A DNA stretch of 64,000 nucleotides from an uncultured Gemmataceae bacterium (GTDB lineage: Bacteria; Planctomycetota; Planctomycetia; Gemmatales; Gemmataceae). The DNA lies in contig CAVVPN010000012.1 in NCBI GenBank assembly GCA_963750165.1, positions 320,001-384,000 on the forward strand, written 5' to 3'. Below are positions 43,023-50,649 of the stretch, in pieces. Below the pieces are notes generated by a model that saw nothing but the letters and a program-made list of their open reading frames with translations, ran no database searches and was not told the origin of the DNA. Positions within the stretch are counted from its first letter, which is position 1, and every line of letters begins with the position of its first letter. Made by a program: the position numbers and the translations under genes.

Positions 43023-44007
43023 GTGGAACCCCGCCCCGACGCGCCGGGAACGGCCATGTTATCACGGACCAGGGAGGGCCAGACGAGCGAGGGCAATTCG
43101 GCTTACGATGACCAGGGATTTCTGCTCTTGCCCCGGGCCGTACCCGTCGAGTTGATTGACGACCTGTTAGGCAGCGCCCGGAAATTAGTTCGTCGATTGT
43201 TCTGCGAATCTCCTAGTTTTTCTGCGGATTCGCGAGTGGATGACGAAGTTGTTTCCGGGCGCCGCCTTAGGGAAGTATCTGGGGCTGGTCCGTGAGGTCA
43301 CGGGCAGGCCCTTTACCGACCCCAACGGTGCCGACCTGATCGACTTCTACAACCAGAACCGCGTCGCGGAAGCGCAGGTCTACGCTGAAATCCGCCGCTT
43401 GCCCTGGCTGGAAATGTTCTCCCGGTGCGCGGCCGTTGTCGAGCCGGTGCAACGGCTGCTCGGGCCGCGGGCGGGCCTGTTCCGCAAAATCCCCTTTCGC
43501 ATCGACATGCCGTTCTGGACCGAGGAACTGGCCCACTGGCACCAGGATTTCTTCTACGTCAAGGGTAACCCCGAGGTCGTCACCGCCTGGGTGCCCCTGC
43601 AGGACACCACCTTCCTCAACGGCTGTCTCAGCATCATGCCGCGCTCGCACAAGCTCGGCCCCCTCGCGCACACCCTGGCTGTGGGCAAGAAGCGCGTGCC
43701 GCTGGGCATTTTTCATCGCGAAATCCGCCTGGTGGAGATGAAGAAGGGCGACCTGCTGCTGTTCAACGCCCTGCTGCTGCACTCGGGCAACCTGAACCTG
43801 TCGCAGGGCATCCGCTACACGGTGCAGGCGCGGTACACGCGCCTCGGCGCCCCCGCCGACGAGGGCATGGGCGGCGTCATTCCTTTAGCCGGAGGGACCG
43901 GGCATGATCCGCGAGCCGAAGAACCAGTCCGCCAGCGACCTGGCCCAGTTCGAATTGATGGAGCAGGTGTTTCAGGAGTCCGCCGGTTCGGTCGCGGACC
44001 GGATTGA
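43023..44007 (+). pseudogene. phytanoyl-CoA dioxygenase (PhyH) family gene interrupted by a MITE; 3' end uncertain
   Basis: YDDQGFLLLP..VP N-terminus; WHQD, AWVPL.D...NGCL...PRSH, GDLLLF...LLH.G..N.....R. Confidence 0.8.
43170..43266. mobile_element. 97-bp MITE with 15-bp TIRs and TTA target-site duplication
   Basis: TTA|GGCAGCGCCCGGAAA ... TTTCCGGGCGCCGCC|TTA; removal restores the reading frame. Confidence 0.9.
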
Positions 44008-44650
44008 CGGCTTCGCCAAGTTCGCGTCCCGGCAGGCGCTCGCCAAGTTCCTGGCGCGGTACGAGATCTTCAAGAAGGTATTGAGCGTCAACGGCTCGGT
44101 CGTCGAGTGCGGCGTCCTGCACGGGGCCGGGCTGCTGACGTTTGCCAAGCTGTCGTCCATCTTCGAGCCTGCTAACCACGTCCGCAAAATCATCGGTTTC
44201 GACACCTTCGCGGGGTTCCCGTCGGTCAACGCGAAAGATGTGACGGCGGGCACGTCGTCGCACCTGGCCCGGGGCGGCCTGACGGGCTCTCCCCTGGAGG
44301 ATGTGCGACGGGCGGTGCAACTCTACGACGCCAACCGGCCGCTCGCCCACATCCCCAAGGTCGAGCTGGTCCAGGGCGACCTGTGCCGAACCGCCCCCGA
44401 CTATCTGAAGGCGAACCCGCATTTGGTGGTCAGCCTGCTCTACCTCGACGTGGACCTGTACGAGCCGACCAGGGCGGCACTGGAAGTGTTCGTGCCGCGC
44501 ATGCCGCGCGGGGCGGTGATCGCGTTCGACGAACTCAACGCCCGAATGTTCCCGGGGGAAACCCTGGCGGTCGATGAGGTGCTGGGGTTGAAAAACCTGC
44601 GCGTCGAGCGCTTCCCCTTTGATTCGTACGTTTCGTATTGCGTCCTGTGA
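43904..44650 (+). CDS. TylF/MycF/NovP-like O-methyltransferase
   Basis: GSVVECGV..G, GFDTF.GFP, LLYLDVDLYEPT, G.VI.FDE. Confidence 0.88.
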   Translation: MIREPKNQSASDLAQFELMEQVFQESAGSVADRIDGFAKFASRQALAKFLARYEIFKKVLSVNGSVVECGVLHGAGLLTFAKLSSIFEPANHVRKIIGFDTFAGFPSVNAKDVTAGTSSHLARGGLTGSPLEDVRRAVQLYDANRPLAHIPKVELVQGDLCRTAPDYLKANPHLVVSLLYLDVDLYEPTRAALEVFVPRMPRGAVIAFDELNARMFPGETLAVDEVLGLKNLRVERFPFDSYVSYCVL

Positions 44651-44776
44651 CGGGTGGGGCGGGTTGTGCCTCTCGTGAACAGCGCGCACCGAAACCGCTC
44701 AAGTTGCCACTGCCCGCGGCCGATAGAAGATAAGTGATGACTCGCCAGGACGCGCCGCCGTGAGGAGGACCCTCGC

Positions 44777-46576
44777 GTGGAAGCCCCCCCCGAAGCCGCC
44801 CCTCTTCCCATCGCCCCGCCCGAATCCACCGAGCCGCTACAGCCGCCCGAGATCGAGCCCGTCGTGCTGACCTGGCCGGTCGAGGCGACACCGCACCCGC
44901 GTTTCGAGCGGCCCCTGGCCGTGAACGTCCGCCAGGCGCCGCTGCTGACCAGCACGCCGTGGACACGCACCCTCGGCAAGGTCGGCCTCGAAGTTTCCAC
45001 GCAGGGCTGGCGCTTCCCGACGCCGGGCGAGGCACTGACGCCGCCCAAACCGTTCGAGCCACCGGCCGCGCCGAAGCCGCCGCCCGACCCGGCCCCCGAG
45101 GTCGTGCCGCTGTTCGGCCCACCGACGCGCACGCGCGTGCGGCCGCCTGGTGACCTGGCCGTCTTCAAGGACCGCCTGCTCTACTTGCTCCAACCGCCGC
45201 TGGAAGACCTGTTCGGCGGCAAGCAGGTGCAGTTGCCGTTCCAGCCGTATCCGTATCAGGTCAAGGGCATCGCCTTTCTGATGCCGCGGCACGCGGCGCT
45301 GATCGCCGACGAGATGGGCCTGGGCAAGACCGCCCAGGTCATCATTGCGCTGCGGCTGCTGTTCCACAGCGGCCTGATCCGGCGGGCACTGGTGGTGTGC
45401 CCGAAACCGCTGGTGATTAACTGGACGCGCGAGTTGCGGCTGTGGGCGGAGGACGTGCCGTTCGAGGTGGTCGGCGGCGACACGGCAGCGCGCAAGGCGA
45501 CCTGGTTCGTCTCGAAGTGTCCGGTCAAGCTGGTCAATTACGAAATCCTGACGCGCGACGCCGCCTGGCTGCACGACGAACAGGTGCAGTGGGACGTGGC
45601 GGTGCTGGACGAGGCGCAGCGCATCAAGAACCGCGAGTCGAAGACGGCGCAGGTGGTGCGCGGCCTGCACCGCCAGCGCAGCTGGGCGATGACCGGTACG
45701 CCCATCGAGAACCGCACCGAGGATCTCATCAACATCTTTGCATTCGTCGATCCGGGCCGCGTGCCGCCGGAGACGCCGGCGAAACTGCTGCCGCAGCTGA
45801 CCAGCGACTGCATTCTGCGCCGCGTCAAGGAGGACGTGGCCACGGACATGCCGCCCAAGGTGATTCGCGACAGTTACCTGGAGCTGTCGCCCGGCCAGCG
45901 CGCCGCCTATGACCTGGCGGAGAAGGAAGGCGTCATCCACCTGAACGAGCTGGGCGACAGCATCACGGTGCAGCACATCTTCGAGCTGGTGATGCGGCTC
46001 AAGCAGATTTGCAACTTCGACCCACGCACCGGCCAGAGCGCCAAGCTGGAGCAGTTGCAGGCGGAGATGGAGGAGGTGGCCGCCAACGGCCGCAAGGCGA
46101 TTATTTTTTCGCAGTGGGTCGAACCGCTGGAAATGTTGGCGGAGGCGCTCCGCGAGTTTGGGCCGCTGCTGTACCACGGCAAGGTCGCGCACAAGGATCG
46201 GCAGCCGATCCTTGACCAGTTCAAGCGCGACCCGGGCAAGCACGTGATCCTGATGAGCTACGGCACCGGCAGCGTCGGGCTGAACCTGCAGTTCACGAAC
46301 TACGTGTTCCTGTTCGACCGTTGGTGGAACCCGGCGGTCGAGGACCAGGCGATCAACCGGGCGCACCGGCTGGGCCAGAAGGAGACGGTATTCGTGACGC
46401 GCTTCGTGTCGCAGAACACCATCGAGGGCCGCATCGCGGAGGTGCTGGAGCGCAAGCGGCAGCTGTTCCACGAGTTGATCGGCCAGAACGGAGCGCCGCC
46501 GGTGATGGGGCTGACGGAGGATGAAATCTTCGGCCTGTTCGACGTGAAATCGCGCCCGCGCCGCGCCGCCGCATGA
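44777..46576 (+). CDS. SNF2-family helicase/ATPase
   Basis: ADEMGLGKT, LDEAQRIKN, TGTPIEN, GLNL, DRWWNPAVEDQA..RAHRLGQ. Confidence 0.93.
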   Translation: MEAPPEAAPLPIAPPESTEPLQPPEIEPVVLTWPVEATPHPRFERPLAVNVRQAPLLTSTPWTRTLGKVGLEVSTQGWRFPTPGEALTPPKPFEPPAAPKPPPDPAPEVVPLFGPPTRTRVRPPGDLAVFKDRLLYLLQPPLEDLFGGKQVQLPFQPYPYQVKGIAFLMPRHAALIADEMGLGKTAQVIIALRLLFHSGLIRRALVVCPKPLVINWTRELRLWAEDVPFEVVGGDTAARKATWFVSKCPVKLVNYEILTRDAAWLHDEQVQWDVAVLDEAQRIKNRESKTAQVVRGLHRQRSWAMTGTPIENRTEDLINIFAFVDPGRVPPETPAKLLPQLTSDCILRRVKEDVATDMPPKVIRDSYLELSPGQRAAYDLAEKEGVIHLNELGDSITVQHIFELVMRLKQICNFDPRTGQSAKLEQLQAEMEEVAANGRKAIIFSQWVEPLEMLAEALREFGPLLYHGKVAHKDRQPILDQFKRDPGKHVILMSYGTGSVGLNLQFTNYVFLFDRWWNPAVEDQAINRAHRLGQKETVFVTRFVSQNTIEGRIAEVLERKRQLFHELIGQNGAPPVMGLTEDEIFGLFDVKSRPRRAAA

Positions 46577-46582
46577 AAGAGG

Positions 46583-46685
46583 ATTTCACCACGGAGTACG
46601 CGGAGCGCGCGGAGAAAAGACCATGAATGCTGAATTAAACATTCTTTGCTTTTTCTCCGCGCGCTCCGCGTGCTCCGTGGTAAAT
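46583..46685. repeat. inverted repeat built from 9-mer units (CACCACGGAG-type)
   Basis: ACCACGGAGTACGCGGAGCGCGCGGAGAAAA...TTTTCTCCGCGCGCTCCGCGTGCTCCGTGGT. Confidence 0.8.
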
Positions 46686-46696
46686 AGTTATTTGAT

Positions 46697-48290
46697 TCAC
46701 GGGCCCTTGCCGGTCAGCGACGCCGGCGGCATCGCCAGCGCCCAGCGCGCCGCGTTGTGCAACAGGATCACGAACTGCTCGTTGCGGTAGTCGTCCTGGT
46801 GGCCCAGCGAGGTGTAGAACACCCGCGACTTGCCGTACTGGTTCGTCCACGCGATCGGCTCCGGCGGCTGACCGGGAATCGTCCCCCTCAGCAGCGGCGT
46901 CGCCGTCTTCATCAGCGGACTCATCTTGTACAGCGAGCCGCGGGCCGTGAACGGCGTCTTGATGCCGGTCAACACTTCGTGCTTCAAGTCGTCGGCCTCC
47001 CGCGTGACCGTCGTCAGCGGCCCGTCCTTGTGGTGACTGCGGTACGTGCCGCCCAGCACTTCCACGTCGAACTTCAGCCACTCCGCGTGGCCCGTCGGCA
47101 CCTTGCCCTTGGCGTCAAACGCATGGCTGGCCGACCGCAGCGCGATCAACGGCTTGCCCGCCGCCAGGTACTTTTTCAGCGCCGCCAGGTCGCCTTCCGG
47201 CAGCGCCCTGCGCCGCACCCCCACCACCACCAGGTCCGCCGAGCCCAGCGCCTTGGCCAGACCGGGGATGACGTTGTCCTTGCCGTGCAGCACCGTCACG
47301 TCCAGGCCGAGCTGGTCCGCGAACAGGCGCCTGGCCAGCGGCGGCATCACCGTCTTCGTGTCGTATTCCGCGTCCGAAATGGCGATGACCACGCGCGGCC
47401 GCACGTCGGCCTTGTAGCGGAACGGCTGGCCGCCGAGCAACTGGTCGGACGTGATCGTCGGGCAGACGAACTTTTCGATGTGCTGCACGATCAGGTTGGT
47501 GCCCTGGAAGTGCGAGACGTAGGGCCATTTTTTCGGATTGTACATCGTGTCGGTCAGGTCGCGCACCAGCACCACGTCGCGGCCGTTTTTCGCCAGCTGC
47601 CGCAGGCCGAACGGCCGGCCGAGCACGCACATGTTCGTGTGGACGCCGACGAGCATCACGTGCTTGATGCCGCGCTGCTCCAGCAGGTTCCAGATTTCCA
47701 CGCCGGAATCGCTGATGGCGTCCTCGTCGTCGATCTTGAGCACGTCGATCTGCGCCAGCCACGGCGCGGCCGGGTTGCGGCCCTGGGCCTTCAGCTTCGC
47801 CTCCCACTTCTGTTGCAGCGCCGGTTCGGTGTCGCAACTGTCGCTCTGATCGAGCGGATAGACGCCCTTCTCCTCTGCCGGAATCTTGTAGCACCAGGTG
47901 CCGATGTCCTTCGGCAGGTTGGCGGCTTTCGGCGCCTCCTGAGCGCGCTTGCGCCGGGTGGTTGGCGTAGGGCTTCATGCAACTGCTCGGCGCGTGGATG
48001 ATGAGGGCGCCGCTGGCCCGCGCTTTCGTGAGGAACTCGTTCATGCGCGGCGCCAGTTCCTTCTCGCGGATGACGGCGTTCAGGCAGTGGTGCGAGTCCC
48101 ACATGTCGCAGACGATGACGGCGGTCTTGTGCAGGTCCCAGGTGGCGGCCTTCAGGTTGACCTGAAACTGTCCGTCGGGCGCAGCGACTCGGCTGCGCAA
48201 CTTCAGGTCCACCTCATGGCCATCGGCGGCGGGTACGGCGGCCCCCCAGGCGGCGAGGCACAACAGCAGCAGGCCAGGTCGTCTCAGCAT
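46697..48290 (-). CDS. secreted isochorismatase-like + ThuA-like fusion; frameshift near 47950
   Basis: TAVIVCDMWD.HHC, GVHTNMCVLGRPFG, RDLTD; ThuA motifs RSASHAF, RVFYTSLGH. Confidence 0.82.
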
Positions 48291-48365
48291 GGTTCGTCTC
48301 CGCGGTAGCTTCGGAAAGGCGGGCGGCTCTGCTACCGTTGTAGACCAAACCGCGGACACATGGAA

Positions 48366-48473
48366 GAGGATTCACCACAAGACACAAAGGGCACAAAGAA
48401 AGACGGGAGGAGGAGGGAATTATTACTCCTCCCGTCTTTCTTTGTGCCCTTTGTGTCTTTGTGGTGAATCCTC
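48366..48473. repeat. inverted repeat with CACAAAG units
   Basis: GAGGATTCACCACAAGACACAAAGGGCACAAAG...CTTTGTGCCCTTTGTGTCTTTGTGGTGAATCCTC. Confidence 0.82.
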
Positions 48474-48481
48474 GTCGCGGC

Positions 48482-49744
48482 TCAGAACGTGAATTCCACG
48501 CCGAAGTTGAGGCTTTGAATCCACACGTCGGAGCGGATGAAGTTGAAGGCGGGATTGTTCGGGCCGGTCAGGTTGGCGCTGGCAGGCGGCAGCAGGCCGG
48601 GGTTCACGTTGGTGTCGATCTGGTCGCTGGCCCGGCCCACACGGTCCAGGAACAGCACGGTGTAGCCGACCCGCAGGTTCAGGTAGGGCGCCACTCGCCA
48701 GGCCAGGTTCAGGCCGAGTTCCGGCATCGCCGCCCAGTCGCCGTTGGGGTGCGAGCCGACGTTGCTCGCCAGCGCCAGCAGGCCGCCGGTGGCGGTCGTG
48801 GGTGCGAAGCCCGGCACCGAAGTCGTCGTGCTGCCGGCAATGTTCTCAAGGCGCTGCACCCGGCCGACGGCCACCCGCGTCAGCACCGTCAGCGACAGCT
48901 GTTCCCACGAGAACCGCGCCCGCAGCCCCATATCGAGGCCGTTGAACTCGTTCCGGGCGGAAAAGTTGTCGGCCGAACTGATCTGCGTGCCGGGGATGAA
49001 CGCCGCGCTCGTCGGCGCCATCACCTGATTGACGCGCAGGTTCTCGTCGTAGCGGTAGTAGCGGTAACCCAGCAGCGACACCAACTGGAACGAGCCGGTG
49101 TCCACCACCTTCTCGGTCACATCGAAGTTGAACGTGTAGAAGTTGCCGGAACTGGCCTGGGCCGCAACGGAGCCGTTGGACAGTCCGGGGTAAGCGATCA
49201 ACTGGGCCTGCGGCAAACCAGTGGTGGCGTCGGTGAACGGCCGGGCCAGGATGCCGTTGCCGCCGGAAGTCGCGTTGAACAGCGTGGACTGGCTCTCCAG
49301 CATCATGAAGCCGGCCTCGACGCCCACCACCTGCTGCGACCCCAGCCAGGCGCCCGCGCCAATGCGGAAGCCGGAGCGAATGTTGTCGTTCACGGTGCCG
49401 CCGAACAGCACCTGCGTGCCCTGCTGCCCCAGAACGCCGGCGGCCGTCTGCGCCGTGCCGGGCGGGCTGCCCGTGATGAGTGCCGGCACGTTGTCACCGC
49501 GCATCCAGGCGACCAGGTAGTCGGCGCTCACCCAGCAGCGCGGCCCTGCCGGCGGGGCATCGAAGCAGCAGACCGCCAGCGACGGCACCGACCCATCGGT
49601 CACGGCCGCCGGCGGTTGGGTCAGGGGTTGGTTCAACGGCTGGGCTGGCGGTTGGGCCGACGGCGGGCCCGTGGGTGTCTGGGCGAAGGCCTGCCCTCCG
49701 AACGCCAACGCCGCACACAGGGCCACCGTCAATCGCGTCGTCAT
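48482..49744 (-). CDS. BBP7-like planctomycete outer-membrane beta-barrel
   Basis: WVSADYLVAW, LARPF, GYRY, N.FNG, VGY..L, terminal GVEFTF. Confidence 0.85.
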   Translation of the reverse strand: MTTRLTVALCAALAFGGQAFAQTPTGPPSAQPPAQPLNQPLTQPPAAVTDGSVPSLAVCCFDAPPAGPRCWVSADYLVAWMRGDNVPALITGSPPGTAQTAAGVLGQQGTQVLFGGTVNDNIRSGFRIGAGAWLGSQQVVGVEAGFMMLESQSTLFNATSGGNGILARPFTDATTGLPQAQLIAYPGLSNGSVAAQASSGNFYTFNFDVTEKVVDTGSFQLVSLLGYRYYRYDENLRVNQVMAPTSAAFIPGTQISSADNFSARNEFNGLDMGLRARFSWEQLSLTVLTRVAVGRVQRLENIAGSTTTSVPGFAPTTATGGLLALASNVGSHPNGDWAAMPELGLNLAWRVAPYLNLRVGYTVLFLDRVGRASDQIDTNVNPGLLPPASANLTGPNNPAFNFIRSDVWIQSLNFGVEFTF

Positions 49745-49989
49745 GGCTCCGTCCCCATCAGAACACGTGCAGGTTCACCGGCTCGCCGCGCCACCGCAAG
49801 CGGCCCCGAGCCGGGGCGTGGACGTGGTGCGTTTCCACTCTCAGAAGCATCATCGACGAGCCGGCGGGCCGGACTTGCCTTTTTTGCGGCAGAAGCCGAT
49901 TGTGCGGGCGCTTGACCCGGCTTGCGCCGGTTGCCCCGGGTTTGGGCGGAGCCGGGAACTGAGGTGACGTGGGTTTCCGGGCAACCGAC

Positions 49990-50032
49990 AAAAAAGCGGC
50001 GTTGCGCCGAAGTGCTTCGGCGCAACGCCGCT
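49990..50032 (-). terminator. intrinsic terminator
   Basis: 17-bp GC-rich stem followed by T6 on the minus strand, just after 50060. Confidence 0.75.
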
Positions 50033-50059
50033 CCAGAGGTTTTGCCTCCCACCTTCGGG

Positions 50060-50649
50060 TCAGGAGACGACGGCGTTGGTGTTGGAGGCGGTGCCGTTCG
50101 TGGTGCCGTCGTTGGGCGTGACCGTCACCGTGATGGTGCTGCCGGTGTTCACGCCGCTGAGCGAGGACAGGTCCAGCGTGTCGGTCGTGCTGGAACTCAG
50201 GTTGGTCGTCTTGACGGTGCTGCCGTTGAGCGCCCAGACGTAGGTCAGTTTCACCGGATCGCCGTCGGGGTCGGAATCGGTCACGGTCGCCGTCAGCGTG
50301 TCGGTGGCGCTCGGCGATGCGGGCGTGAGCACCAGGCTGTTGATCACCGGCGGGGCGTTGACCACCGTGGCCGTGGCCGTGGCGGCGGCGCCATTGACCG
50401 TGCCATCGTTGGGCGTCACCACGACCGTGATCGTCTGGCCCTTGTCGCCGTGGCCGGGCTTGCTCAGGTCGAAGCTGTCCGTCGTGGCCGACGTCGGCTG
50501 CGGCGTGTCTGCACCACCGTGCCGTTGACCACCCAGACGTAGGTCAGCTAGACCGGGTTACCGTTGGGGTCGCTGGCCGCCGCCGTGGTCATCAGCGTGT
50601 CGTTGGTCTGCGGCGCGGTGTTGTTGAGGGCGACGCCGACCGTCGGCAT
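50060..50649 (-). pseudogene. degenerate duplicate of the two Ig-like repeats of the upstream PPIase gene
   Basis: 50087-50474 nearly identical to 51364-51751; in-frame TAG at 50548-50550 and frameshift near 50505. Confidence 0.75.
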
